NCBI GenBank assembly: GCA_963815115.1
Contig: CAWFFN010000008.1
Coordinates: 416,001-480,000 of the forward strand
Direction of reading: 5' to 3'
Origin: an uncultured delta proteobacterium
GTDB lineage: Bacteria > Desulfobacterota > Binatia > DP-6
Length of the DNA stretch: 64,000 nucleotides
Every line of letters begins with the position of its first letter. The first letter of the stretch is position 1. The translations under genes and the position numbers were made by a program. Under the pieces are notes generated by a model, which did no database searches, had not been told where the DNA came from, and worked only from the letters and a program-made list of their open reading frames with translations. Shown here piece by piece: positions 41,131 through 51,280 of this stretch.

Positions 41131-41618
41131 TGCATCCCCCTGTTGGTCTACGGGACGAACCGGATGCAGGTGCAAGTTCCCTGCCGTGATCGCGCCGACG
41201 TGCGAACGGCGACCCGTCACCCAAAAGACCGCACGCTCGCTGCTAGCGACGTGACCGCAAGGCGCTTGCTACCATGAGGCGTCACAGCTCCGACCTTCGG
41301 ACCGCGCCCGCCGGCTCGTCGCCCGCGGGGATCGAGACCGTGATCCCAGCGCTGCGTTGCCCGCCGGTGCCGAACGGGGCACGGCGGATGGAGGGCAGGC
41401 GCGGCTCGCGTTCGCCGAGTACTCGAGCGCCGACAGCGCCCGAATTCCGGCCACCACGGGTTTGACAGTCCTTGGACAACGCCGCGGCGCGGCGTGCCGG
41501 ACGGCGGGTTTTCGGCCGTTCCGTGGGTCGATTTGGTTGACCCCCATCATGCGAAGCGCGTAAGCCTCTCTGGTCGAACGCCCGTTTGCCGGGCCATCAC
41601 ACAGGGGGAACCCTCGCC

Positions 41619-44324
41619 ATGTTGAAAGTGCCGTCCCGCGTCGCTGCCGCGGGAACCGTCCTCGTCGCCATGCTCGTCCTCTCGGCCGCCACCGCCCGGG
41701 CCGACAAGTGTACCGGCCTTCGCCTGAAGGCCATCGGGAAGAAGGAGTCCGGACTGCTCACCTGCCAGTCGAAGGTGGCCCAGAAGGGTGACCCGGCGCT
41801 CCAGGCAACCTGCGACACCAAGGTGCTCGCGAAGTTCGCGAAATCCTTCGCCAAGACCGGCACCTGCTCGGGCGTGCAGGCGGATTGCGAAGCGATCGCG
41901 GACGACTGTAGTGCCAAGGTCCGCGCGGCGCTGCCCGACGGGACCGCGACCGCGAGCAAGTGCGAGGCGACCCGCCTCAAGGCCGCGGGCAAGAAGGCGC
42001 AGAAGAGGCTCCTCTGCTACTCGAAGGCCGCCAAGAAGGACGCCTCGGTGGACAGCGCCGCGGGCGGCTGCCTGGACAAGGCGGCGGCCAAGTTCGTCAA
42101 GTCGTTCGACAAGGTCACCGGCTGCACCGGTGACGGTCAGACCGCCGCCATCGAGACGCTCGTCGATTCCGAGTGCGTCGCACAGCAGATCGTGACCGAC
42201 GGATCGGGCACCGTGACCGCCCTCTGCCCGACGACGACCACGACCACAACGACCACCAGCACGACGACGACATCGACGACCACCACGACCACCGTGGCGA
42301 CCACGACCACGACGGTTCCCGTGTGCGGAAACCTGAGCGTAGAGAAGGACGAGGAATGCGATCCGCCCGGCTCCTCGTGCGGCGGCACCTCGACCTGCCA
42401 GGCCGACTGCACCTGTCCGTGCACCGTCGACGCCTGTCCCTGCGACTTCCTCGATCCGAGCCTGTGCCTCTACCCGTTCCCGAACGACTGGTTCACCGTC
42501 GCGGATCCCACGACGGACACCGGGCGGCGGGTGAGCTTCCCGACCGTCGCCATGCCGAAAAACTCGCCGGCGCACGTCGCGATCGATCCGGTCCCCTACA
42601 GCGGCAACGACGGCTTCAGCCCGGGCTCGACGATTCTCACTCACGTCCCCGGGGTCGACCTCGCGCAGACCGGCGCCGCGCCGATCACCGACCTCGCGCG
42701 CTCGCTCGATGCTGATGCGCCCATCGTGATCGTCAACACCTCGACGCTCGCGCACAACCTGCTGTTCGCCGAGCTCGACCAGAACGGCGGCAGCGACGCC
42801 GACCGTGCGCTCATCATCCACCCCGCGGTCAACCTGGCCGAGGGCACGCGCTACATCGTCGCGCTCCGCAACATGAAGGACTCCGGCGGTGCGCTCCTCA
42901 CACCGAACGCGGACTTCCTCGCGTATCGCGACGCGACGCCCACCGGCGACCCGGCGAAGGAAGCGCGCCGGCCACACATGGAGGATCTGTTCACGACGCT
43001 CGCGGCAGCCGGCATCCCGCGGGCCGATCTCTATCTCGCCTGGGACTTCACCGTCGCCAGCGAGCGCAACCTGTCGGAGCGCCTCCTCTTCATGCGTGAC
43101 GACGCGTTCGACCAGCTCGACTCCGCGGCACCGGCGTTCGTCGTCAGCAGCACGCAGGACAACGTCGACCCGAAGATCTTCCGGAAGGTCACCGGCACCT
43201 ACCAGGTCCCCCGCTACGTCGACAGCCCGACCCCTCCGGCAAGGCTCGTCCTCGACGCCAACGGGCTGCCGGTTCGCCAGGCGACGACGCAGCCCGCGTC
43301 GTTCATCTGCATCATCCCGCGCGCGGCGCTGCCGAGCGCCGGCGGTCCGGCCGTGCCGGCTCGCGCCTCCATCTACGGCCACGGCCTCCTCGGCTCGAAC
43401 TCCGAGGTCACGGCGGGCAACGTCGAGAGCATGGCGAACGAGCACAACTTCGTCTTCTGCGCGACCAAGTGGATCGGCATGGCGGACGAGGACGTTCCCA
43501 CCGCCATCGGCATCCTCCAGGAGCTCGGCAAGTTCCCGAGTCTCACCGACCGGCTCCAGCAGTCGATGGTCAACCAGCTCTTCCTCGCCCGCCTGATGAT
43601 CCATCCCGAAGGCTTCGCGGCCGATCCGGCCTTCCAGGACGGGTCGGGCCACTCGGTGATCGACCCGAGCGACGTCTTCTACGACGGCAACAGCCAGGGT
43701 GGCATCTTCGGCGGAACGGTCATGGCGATCGCGCAGGACATCACGCGCGGCGTGCTGGGCGTGCCCGGCATGAACTACTCCCTGCTGCTCACGCGCAGCA
43801 CGGACTTCGGCCTCTACTCGTTGGTTCTCTATCCTGCGTACCCCGTGCAGATCGAGCACCCGCTCCTCCTGGCGCTCATCCAGATGCTGTGGGACCGCTC
43901 GGATCCGAACGGCCTGGCGCACCACATGACGACCGATCCGCTGCCGAACACGCCGCAGCACACCGTCCTGCTGCACGAGGCCTTCGGCGATCACCAGGTG
44001 GCGAACGTCGCCACCGAGATCGAGGCGCGGACCATCGGCGCGTCGATCCACCAGCCGGCGATCGCGCCGGGGCGCAGCTACGAGGTCACGCCGTACTTCG
44101 GCATCCCGGCGATTCCGAGCTATCCCTTCAACGGCTCGGCGCTGGTCGTGTGGGACAGCGGCGCGGCCACCCCGCCGACCACGAACACCGCGCCGATGAC
44201 CGGCGCCGATCCCCATTCCGACCCGCGCAGCTCGGTGGCGGCGCGCAACCAGAAGTCCGCGTTCCTGAGCACCGGTGGCGACGTGATCGACGTCTGCTCC
44301 GGTGCGCCGTGCATCGCTCCGTAG
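41619..44324 (+). CDS. Secreted protein: Cys/Lys helical repeats + Thr linker + Ig-like and alpha/beta-hydrolase domains
   Basis: Signal peptide; two KC..LKA.GK..L.C.SK..C..K..KF.KSF.K repeats; PFPND..NDGFS; YGHGLLG; GNSQGG nucleophile elbow; DHQV; H near C-terminus. Confidence 0.8.
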   Translation: MLKVPSRVAAAGTVLVAMLVLSAATARADKCTGLRLKAIGKKESGLLTCQSKVAQKGDPALQATCDTKVLAKFAKSFAKTGTCSGVQADCEAIADDCSAKVRAALPDGTATASKCEATRLKAAGKKAQKRLLCYSKAAKKDASVDSAAGGCLDKAAAKFVKSFDKVTGCTGDGQTAAIETLVDSECVAQQIVTDGSGTVTALCPTTTTTTTTTSTTTTSTTTTTTVATTTTTVPVCGNLSVEKDEECDPPGSSCGGTSTCQADCTCPCTVDACPCDFLDPSLCLYPFPNDWFTVADPTTDTGRRVSFPTVAMPKNSPAHVAIDPVPYSGNDGFSPGSTILTHVPGVDLAQTGAAPITDLARSLDADAPIVIVNTSTLAHNLLFAELDQNGGSDADRALIIHPAVNLAEGTRYIVALRNMKDSGGALLTPNADFLAYRDATPTGDPAKEARRPHMEDLFTTLAAAGIPRADLYLAWDFTVASERNLSERLLFMRDDAFDQLDSAAPAFVVSSTQDNVDPKIFRKVTGTYQVPRYVDSPTPPARLVLDANGLPVRQATTQPASFICIIPRAALPSAGGPAVPARASIYGHGLLGSNSEVTAGNVESMANEHNFVFCATKWIGMADEDVPTAIGILQELGKFPSLTDRLQQSMVNQLFLARLMIHPEGFAADPAFQDGSGHSVIDPSDVFYDGNSQGGIFGGTVMAIAQDITRGVLGVPGMNYSLLLTRSTDFGLYSLVLYPAYPVQIEHPLLLALIQMLWDRSDPNGLAHHMTTDPLPNTPQHTVLLHEAFGDHQVANVATEIEARTIGASIHQPAIAPGRSYEVTPYFGIPAIPSYPFNGSALVVWDSGAATPPTTNTAPMTGADPHSDPRSSVAARNQKSAFLSTGGDVIDVCSGAPCIAP
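42231..42314 (+). repeat. Thr-rich low-complexity linker
   Basis: About 28 codons, nearly all Thr. Confidence 0.85.
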
Positions 44325-44340
44325 AATCCTCCTGAACGGC

Positions 44341-44377
44341 GGCGGCACCGGGTGTGCGAGACGCGCCCGGTGCCGTC
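44341..44377 (+). terminator. Hairpin after the hydrolase gene (terminator or stabiliser-like)
   Basis: 16-bp stem with three G-U pairs that form only on the + strand, CGAGA loop, no U-tract. Confidence 0.45.
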
Positions 44378-44431
44378 CCCTGCCGGAGCGGCGGTCGCTC
44401 CAGGTGGGCGCACGGGCTAGAGTCGGCCGGC

Positions 44432-45046
44432 GTGTCGCTCCAGCTCAACCTCTTCGCCGGAGGCCGGCCGGCCGTCGATGCGGACGTCTCGTTCACGCGC
44501 CTGCAGCTCGACGAGCGCTCGTGGGTCGACGTCGCGCGCCACTTCGTGCGCGGGGCCGACGCGCTGCTCGACGAGCTGCGCCAGGGCGTGGAGTGGCGGC
44601 AGCTGCGGCGACGCATGTACGATCGCACGGTGGACGATCCTCGCCTGTCGCACTGGTACGGCGGCGACGAACACCTCCCGCACGAGATGCTGGTGTCGGT
44701 GCGGCGCGCGCTCACGGCGCGCTACGGGGTCGCGTTCGCGGGCGTCGGGCTGAACTACTATCGCGACGGTCGCGACAGCGTCGCCTTCCACCGCGATCGC
44801 GAGCTCCGCCGCCTGGGAGACACCCGGGTCGCCGTCTTGACGCTGGGAGCGCAGCGGCCCTTCCTGCTGCGACCGCGCGGGGGCGGCCGTTCCGTCGATC
44901 TGGCGCCTGCGTCGGGCGACCTGCTCGTCATGGGTGGGGCGTGCCAGGTCGGCTTCGAGCATGGCATCCCGAAAGTGGTCCATGCGGGTCCCCGCATCTC
45001 CGCGTCGTACCGCTGGGCATCGCCCGACGATACCGCGACCGACTGA
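44432..45046 (+). CDS. Alpha-ketoglutarate-dependent dioxygenase, AlkB family
   Basis: MYDR..PRL, LNYYRDGRDSVAFHRD, H.IPK, PRIS. Confidence 0.88.
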   Translation: MSLQLNLFAGGRPAVDADVSFTRLQLDERSWVDVARHFVRGADALLDELRQGVEWRQLRRRMYDRTVDDPRLSHWYGGDEHLPHEMLVSVRRALTARYGVAFAGVGLNYYRDGRDSVAFHRDRELRRLGDTRVAVLTLGAQRPFLLRPRGGGRSVDLAPASGDLLVMGGACQVGFEHGIPKVVHAGPRISASYRWASPDDTATD

Positions 45047-45099
45047 CGCGACGCTGCGGCTTGCCGTCGGGCGGGGCCAGCCGCTACTCTGGCGGCCGC

Positions 45100-45939
45100 A
45101 TGGCGGGGCCCCGCGAACGCTTCGCGTCGCTGATCGCATCGCAGCCGACCGATCTCGGGCGTGCGGCGCTGGAGATCGCCCGCATCGGGCAGCCGGATCT
45201 CGATCCGGAGCCCTCGCTTCGCCAGCTCGACGACCTGGCCGCCGCCCTCGCGCCGCGCTTGCCTGCCGATCCGGCGCCCGACGACGCCGCGCGCCTGCTC
45301 GCTCACTATCTCTTCGACGAGTGCGGCTACCGCGGCAACCGCGACGATTACTACGACCCGCGCAACAGCTTCCTGAACGAGGTGCTCGTGCGGCGCGCCG
45401 GCATCCCCATCTCGCTCTCGGTGCTCGCCATCGAGGTCGGCCGGCGGCTCGGCATCCCGCTGCAGGGCGTCGGCTTTCCGGGGCACTTCCTGATCCGCGT
45501 CGACGGACCGCGAGGGGTCCTGCTCCTCGACCCGTTCCACGGCGGCACGCCGGTGAGCCACGACGAGCTGCTCGGACGCCTGCGCAACCTCTCGGACACG
45601 AGCCGGGGCCCGCAGTTCGCAGAGGTTCCTCCTCGCTTCCTCGAGCCCACCGGCGCCACCGGCATCCTGGGGCGCATGCTCCGCAACCTGCTCCGCGTCT
45701 ACCTCGAGCGCCGCGAGCCCGAGCGCGCGCTGGCGGCCGTCGACCTGCTGCTCGTGCTCACGCCACGCTCGGCCGAGGACCTGCGCACCCGGGCGCACCT
45801 CTACGAGACCCTGGAATGCTTCGCCGCCGCGGCGGCGGACCTGCGCAGCTATCTCGACCTGGCACCGCGTGCCGACGACGCCGCCGAGATCCGGGCGAAG
45901 CTCGGTCAGCTCGACTGCGACGCGCCGACCCTGCACTGA
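45100..45939 (+). CDS. SirB1 / transglutaminase-like protein with TPR
   Basis: GNRDDYYDPRNSFLNEVL.RR.GIPISL, GVGFPGHFL, RMLRNL. Confidence 0.88.
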   Translation: MAGPRERFASLIASQPTDLGRAALEIARIGQPDLDPEPSLRQLDDLAAALAPRLPADPAPDDAARLLAHYLFDECGYRGNRDDYYDPRNSFLNEVLVRRAGIPISLSVLAIEVGRRLGIPLQGVGFPGHFLIRVDGPRGVLLLDPFHGGTPVSHDELLGRLRNLSDTSRGPQFAEVPPRFLEPTGATGILGRMLRNLLRVYLERREPERALAAVDLLLVLTPRSAEDLRTRAHLYETLECFAAAAADLRSYLDLAPRADDAAEIRAKLGQLDCDAPTLH

Positions 45940-45958
45940 CCGCCCGGCGGCCTCCGGC

Positions 45959-46486
45959 TCAGGGCTGGATGGCGAGCTGCCGGTGCCCTCGCCAGAGCAC
46001 GAGGCCCATGCCGGCGGCGGCCAGCAGGTTGCCGACGGCCACCGCCGGCCATGCGAGCCGCTGCAGCACCCCCTCGGCGAAGACCATGCTCGCCAGGAGA
46101 AACCCGAACTCGAAGACGGCGAAGAAGAGCACGATGCCGAACCCGAAGCTCGGATTGCGCTCGGCGAGCGCCATCAGCCGGGCCGCGCCGATGCCGATGA
46201 GCATGAAGACGAGGTAGTGCACCCAGGTGAACCCCGCGACGAGCTCCAGCGTCGGCGTGACGGCGCTCTCGCTCTCGATGCCGGCGCTGCCGTGGAAGAG
46301 CACGCTGCCGAGCAGAGCGGGGGTGTAGAAGGGTCGGCCGGCGATCGTGTCGACGACCAGGAACCAGACGGCGATGATCGAGGCGCCGAGGAGACCGGCG
46401 CGGATGCCCTCGAGGTAGACCGCCAGCGACACCTGGGCGCCCTGCTCCACCCCTACCGGCTGCGACGCACCGGATTGCACGGGCAT
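45959..46486 (-). CDS. Hypothetical membrane protein (about 4 TM)
   Basis: GAAGGAG SD; hydrophobic segments; GRPFYTP motif. Confidence 0.7.
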   Translation of the reverse strand: MPVQSGASQPVGVEQGAQVSLAVYLEGIRAGLLGASIIAVWFLVVDTIAGRPFYTPALLGSVLFHGSAGIESESAVTPTLELVAGFTWVHYLVFMLIGIGAARLMALAERNPSFGFGIVLFFAVFEFGFLLASMVFAEGVLQRLAWPAVAVGNLLAAAGMGLVLWRGHRQLAIQP

Positions 46487-46580
46487 GGTCGACTCCTTCC
46501 TGGTGCCTGTGGCACCGGCTGCCGAAGGCCTGTCTCGCCGGTACGCTTACGCCCCCGCTTCGGGGGACGTCAATCGGCGG

Positions 46581-47729
46581 TCAGTAGCCGTCGAGCCGGG
46601 CGACGCGGTCGCGATGGAAGGCGGCGTCGCCGAACTGGATGTCGGACGCCCGCGCGCGTTTCAAGAAGAAGCCCACGTCGTGCTCGTCGGTCATGCCGAT
46701 GCCGCCGTGCATCTGGACGCCCTCGTTGCCGATCAGCACGTAGGCGTCCGAGCAGCGCGCCTTGGCGACCGATGCGAGCCGTGCCACCCGGGAGTCGTCG
46801 GCGTTCTCGTCGAGCGTGCGGTGCGCCGCGAGCACGATCGAGCGCGCCAGCTCGAGCTCGACGAACTGGCGCGCCGCGCGATGCTTGAGCGCCTGGAAGC
46901 TGCCGATCGGCACCCCGAACTGGGTGCGCGTCTTCAGGTAGTCGAGCGTCATCTCGAAGCACGCCGACATGCCGCCGAGCATCTCGGCGCACACCCCGAT
47001 GGTGGCGCGGTCGACGACGCGGGAGAGCAGCGCGGCACCCTGCTCCGCGCTCCCGAGGACCGCGGCCGCCTCCACCGCGACGCCTTCGAGCTGGACGATC
47101 GCCGCCCCGCGGCCGTCGAGGCGGTGCTGCCGCTCGACGTGCAGGCCCCGCGCGTCGCGGGGGACGAGGAAGAGCGTGACGCCGGCCTCGTCGTGCGCGG
47201 CGCCCGCGGTGCGCGCCGAGACCACGAACCAGTCGGCGGCCTGGCCGTCGAGGACATGCACCTTCCGGCCGCTGAGCTTCCAGCCCCCGGCCGCGCGCTC
47301 GGCCCGCGTCTCGACGTGATGCAGCGCGTAGCGGCTCGCCGGCTCCTGGTAGGCGACCGCCAGGACGCGCTCGCCGGCCACCACGGCAGGGAGATGCGCC
47401 TGCTCGTGCGCCTCGCTCCCGCCGAGCAGCAGCGCGGTCGTGCCGAGCAGCACCGTACCGACGACCGGCTCGGGGACCAGCCCGCGGCCGAGCTCCTCGA
47501 GCACGACCATCAGGTCGGCCCAACCCAGGCCGGCACCGCCGTACGCCTCCGGCACCACGATACCGAGCCACCCCAGGCGGCCCATCTCCGCCCACAGCTC
47601 GCGCGAGAAGCCATCTCCGCCGGCCTCGTCGCGCAGCGCCCGGACCCGTCTGAGCGACGACTTCCCCTGCACGAACTCGCGCGCCGTGCGCTGGAGGATC
47701 TCCTGCTCTTCGGTGAGGGCGAGTGCCAT
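46581..47729 (-). CDS. Acyl-CoA dehydrogenase family protein
   Basis: LTEEQ, LGWLG..PEAYGG, RTQFGVPIGSFQALKH, QMHGGIGMT.E. Confidence 0.9.
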   Translation of the reverse strand: MALALTEEQEILQRTAREFVQGKSSLRRVRALRDEAGGDGFSRELWAEMGRLGWLGIVVPEAYGGAGLGWADLMVVLEELGRGLVPEPVVGTVLLGTTALLLGGSEAHEQAHLPAVVAGERVLAVAYQEPASRYALHHVETRAERAAGGWKLSGRKVHVLDGQAADWFVVSARTAGAAHDEAGVTLFLVPRDARGLHVERQHRLDGRGAAIVQLEGVAVEAAAVLGSAEQGAALLSRVVDRATIGVCAEMLGGMSACFEMTLDYLKTRTQFGVPIGSFQALKHRAARQFVELELARSIVLAAHRTLDENADDSRVARLASVAKARCSDAYVLIGNEGVQMHGGIGMTDEHDVGFFLKRARASDIQFGDAAFHRDRVARLDGY

Positions 47730-47731
47730 CG

Positions 47732-48913
47732 TCAGTCCGGAAGGCCGAGGACGTTCTTGGCGATGATGTTGAGCTGGATCTCCGACGTCCCGCCCTCGAT
47801 CGTGTTGCCGCGCGAGCGCAGCCAGTCGCGGGTGAGCTGGAGCTCTTCCTCGCTGAATCCGGCGCCTTCCCAGCCCAGCGCCTGCGGCCCGGCGATGGCG
47901 ACCATCAGCTCGCGCCGGCGCTGGTTCAGCTCGGTGCCGTAGAGCTTGAATATCGAGGCTTCGGGGCCCGGCGGCTGTCCGGCCTTCAGGCGATCGCGCG
48001 AACGCGACAGGGTGACGTCCAGGCACTGCTGATCCATCTCCACCTGGGTCAGGCGGTCGCGCAGGATGGGATCGAGCAGGCGCCCGCCCTCCGTCGGAAG
48101 GTAGCGCCGCGCCATCGTGAGCAGGCGGGAGCGGTCGTCACGAGCCTTGAACGCGTCCGCGATCATGTTGCGCTCGAAGCGCAGCAGCATCTTGGCGATG
48201 TTCCACCCGCCGTTCTCCTGACCGACGACGTTCCGACGTGGCACCCGCACGTCGCTGATGAACGTCTCGCAGAAGGGCGAGGCGCCGCTGATCAGCAGGA
48301 TGGGCCGCACCTGCACGCCCGGTGTCTCCATGTCCATCAGGAGAAACGTGATGCCGCCGTGCTTGTGCGTCGTGTCGGTGCGCACCAGCAGGAACATCCA
48401 GTCGGCCTTGTCCCCGTAGGATGTCCAGACCTTCTGCCCATTCAGGACGTAGTCGTCACCGTCGTGCACGGCGCGCGTCTGCAGTCCGGCCAGGTCGGAG
48501 CCCGCACCGGGCTCGGAGTATCCCTGGCACCAGCGGACTTCGCCGCGCACGATGCGCGGGACGTGCTCTCGCTTCTGCTCCTCGCCACCCACCTGCAGCA
48601 GGAGCGGTCCGATCATCTCGAGCCCGAAGCCGATGAGCGGCGGGCGAAGCCTCTGCTTCGCCATCTCCTCGGCGAGCACCTTGGCCTCCTCCTTCGAGAG
48701 CCCTCCCCCGCCGTACTCCCGCGGCCACGTCGGGGCCGTCCAGCCACGCTCCGCCATGATCGCGAGCCACTGCCGCACGTCGTCGGGATACGTGCCCTTG
48801 CGACCGCCCCAGCAGACGTCGTCGGCGGAGCGCGGCGGCGTGCGCATGGACGGCGGCGCGTGCTCGGTCAGCCAGCGGCGGGTGTCTTCGCGGAACGCCT
48901 CGAGTTCGGACAT
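47732..48913 (-). CDS. Acyl-CoA dehydrogenase family protein
   Basis: WPREYGG, WCQGYSEPGAGSDLA, NGQKVWTS, TIEGGTSEIQ. Confidence 0.92.
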   Translation of the reverse strand: MSELEAFREDTRRWLTEHAPPSMRTPPRSADDVCWGGRKGTYPDDVRQWLAIMAERGWTAPTWPREYGGGGLSKEEAKVLAEEMAKQRLRPPLIGFGLEMIGPLLLQVGGEEQKREHVPRIVRGEVRWCQGYSEPGAGSDLAGLQTRAVHDGDDYVLNGQKVWTSYGDKADWMFLLVRTDTTHKHGGITFLLMDMETPGVQVRPILLISGASPFCETFISDVRVPRRNVVGQENGGWNIAKMLLRFERNMIADAFKARDDRSRLLTMARRYLPTEGGRLLDPILRDRLTQVEMDQQCLDVTLSRSRDRLKAGQPPGPEASIFKLYGTELNQRRRELMVAIAGPQALGWEGAGFSEEELQLTRDWLRSRGNTIEGGTSEIQLNIIAKNVLGLPD

Positions 48914-48973
48914 GAGGTGACGCTAGTACGACCGGATGCGCCGCTGCAACATCACCGGGCAGGGACACCGCCC

Positions 48974-49393
48974 TCACAGCGGCATCAGCTGGAGCCCGAG
49001 AAAGACCTGCACGCCCGACAGCAGCAGGGCAACGGCGCCGATCCATGGATGCACGGCCCGGGCGCGCGGGTCGTCGTCGATCCAGCGCGAGACGAGGGCG
49101 GCCGTCCCGTAGAGGATCACCAGCCCCGTCCCGACCCGGAAGTGCATGCTCGCCGCGAGCTCGGGCTCGCGCGGATCGAGCCACACCGTCACCAGCCCGG
49201 CGACCCAGTTGGCCGCCACCAGGCCGAGCACCCAGGGCCCCAGGCGACGGTGGCGGGCGCGCAGCGCCGCAGCGGCCGCTCCTGGCGCGCGTCCACGCAC
49301 CGCGCAGCTGGCCGAGTGCACCGCGAGCGCGACGATGGCGAGGCCGAGCACCGGATGGACCCAGAGCGCCGCGTGGCGGACCGGATCGTTCAC
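48974..49393 (-). CDS. Small His-containing membrane protein (DUF4079-like)
   Basis: Four TMs with His residues (HP..RH..HF..HPW); GTG overlaps the upstream stop. Confidence 0.55.
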   Translation of the reverse strand: MNDPVRHAALWVHPVLGLAIVALAVHSASCAVRGRAPGAAAAALRARHRRLGPWVLGLVAANWVAGLVTVWLDPREPELAASMHFRVGTGLVILYGTAALVSRWIDDDPRARAVHPWIGAVALLLSGVQVFLGLQLMPL

Positions 49394-50224
49394 GCGACGC
49401 AGAAGCGCGCCCCGAGGTCGCGCACCGCCCCCTCGAGCGCCTCCGGGCGGGCGCGCGGAAAGATGATCAGGCGATGCACGCCCGCCGCCTCCGCCTCTGC
49501 GACCAGCTCGTCCGTCAACGGCTCGAACGTGGTGAGCGAGATCTCGAGCGGCTCCCCGCCACGTCCCGCCTGGGCCCGCAGCTGCCGCAGCTCGGCGACG
49601 ACCGCCGCGGTGCGCTCGACGGTGAGCGCGAAGCCGTACCAGCCGTCGCCATGGCGCGCGGCGCGGCGCAGCGCGGGGGGCGCCACGCCGCCGATGACGA
49701 TGGGCGGATGCGGCCGCTGAACCGGCTTGGGCTCGAAGCGGATGTCGGCGAAGCTCGCGAAGCGGCCGGTGAAGCGCGGCTCGCGCTCGGTCCACAGGGC
49801 GCGGATGGCCGCGAGGTGCTGATCGGTGATCGAGACCGCGCTGGCTGAAGTCGATCCCGAGCGCCCGGAACTCGGGCTCGACGTAGCCGCCCGCGAAGCC
49901 GGCGATCAGCCGCCCGCCCGAGAGCACGTCGAGCGAGGCGAGCGCCTTCGCCAGCAGCACGGGATTGTGGTGCGGCAGGACGAGGATGCCGGTGCCGAGG
50001 CGCAGCCGGCTGGTGAAGCCGGCGATGCGCGCCAGCGTCACCAGGGAATCGAGAAACGGGGTCTCTGGTGGCGTCGGGACGGGATTGTCGCGAATCGGCA
50101 TGGCCACGTGCTCGCCGGTCCACACCGATTCGAAGCCGGCCTCCTCGGCTGCCAGCGCGACGCGGCGCTGCAGAGCCGGGTCGGCGCAGGCATCGAAGTT
50201 GACGCCGAAGAGACCGAAGCGCAT
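49390..50224 (-). pseudogene. LLM-class F420-dependent oxidoreductase, frameshifted as sequenced
   Basis: AEEAGFESVWTGEH..AKALASLD.LSGGR..EF; +1 shift at about 49834; C-terminal frame has PKP.Q.PHPP, RRAARHGDGWY. Confidence 0.8.
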
Positions 50225-50256
50225 GCGTGCGACGCTGGCAGGGGGTCGCGGGGCAG

Positions 50257-50622
50257 TCAAGCTCCGGTGCGCGAGCTCTTCACCTGCGCGAGCAGCTTCG
50301 GGAGCTCGGCGGCGAGCTGCCCCTTCGCGAGCACCCGCCGGCAGCCGAGGGCCCGGGCCGTCTCCATGACGTCGAGGCGCTCGTGGCCGACGAACCCGAT
50401 CGACTCCACCCCGGCGGTCGCCGGGTCCCCCGCGAGCCGCTCGAGCGCCGCCAGCGCCTCCGGTTGCCCGAGGTCGAGGATCACGAGCCGGGCGTCGCGA
50501 GCGATCGCGGCGAGCCGATCGGCGTCGCGCGCGCCCTGCACGGCGACGCCCAGGTGCTCGGCTGCCTCCGCGATCTTCGACACGAACAGCAGATCCCGCA
50601 CCAGGTAGGCGACGTCGGCCAC
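50257..50622 (-). CDS. Small receiver-like hypothetical protein
   Basis: DLLFVSKI, LVILDL, GFVGH; alternating beta/alpha pattern. Confidence 0.55.
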   Translation of the reverse strand: MADVAYLVRDLLFVSKIAEAAEHLGVAVQGARDADRLAAIARDARLVILDLGQPEALAALERLAGDPATAGVESIGFVGHERLDVMETARALGCRRVLAKGQLAAELPKLLAQVKSSRTGA

Positions 50623-50772
50623 GGCTCAGGGCGTAGCCTCCACCGGCCGTCCGATCAAGCGATCGCCGATCGCCCGGCGGACGACGTGACCGCCGTCCGG
50701 TCGGATCCCGGCGAGCGACGCGTGATCCACGGTGCGCTGCCAGGCGACCTCGATCCGGCTACACTGGCCGGC

Positions 50773-51264
50773 ATGACACGTCGGCGACGCCATGCGAGCC
50801 TGGTTCCGCTCTCCCACGACCACCGCGACGCGCTCGCCCTCGTCTTCCGCCTGCACCATCCCGCGCCCCCGGGACCGGTGACCTCGATGACGCCGGCGAG
50901 CACGCCAAGGAGCCGCGCCGACGACACGCTCGCCTTCTTCGCCGAGCACCTGGCAGTACACTTCCGCGCCGAGGAGGACGTGCTCTTCCGGTTCCTGCGC
51001 CCGCTTCTCGCCGATCATCCCGAGAGCCTCGCGCTCATCGACGCGCTCGTCAGCGACCATCGCGAGCTGGAGGCGCGGCGCGACGCGGTCGCCGCCGCGG
51101 AGGGCGAGGAGGCCCTGATTCCGATGCTGGCGGCGTTCGCGGACCTGCTCGAGGCGCACGTCCGGCGCGAGGAGCGCGAGCTGTTCGAGCACTTCCCGGA
51201 GGGGGTGCCCGCCGCCGACGCCCACGCGCTCGGCGAGGCCATCCGGCGGTTGCTCGGCCGCTAG
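50773..51264 (+). CDS. Hemerythrin-like domain protein
   Basis: LSHDH, HFRAEE, DH, HVRREERELF. Confidence 0.82.
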   Translation: MTRRRRHASLVPLSHDHRDALALVFRLHHPAPPGPVTSMTPASTPRSRADDTLAFFAEHLAVHFRAEEDVLFRFLRPLLADHPESLALIDALVSDHRELEARRDAVAAAEGEEALIPMLAAFADLLEAHVRREERELFEHFPEGVPAADAHALGEAIRRLLGR

Positions 51265-51280
51265 CCGCGTTACGGGAACC

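Noticed and set aside
42231-42314. ACC/ACG repeats as a CRISPR array or VNTR
   Set aside because: In-frame Thr codons within a CDS; no repeat-spacer structure and no cas genes
48974-50260. Apparent LLM-membrane protein fusion
   Set aside because: Produced by the +1 frameshift at about 49834; the LLM C-terminus is in another frame
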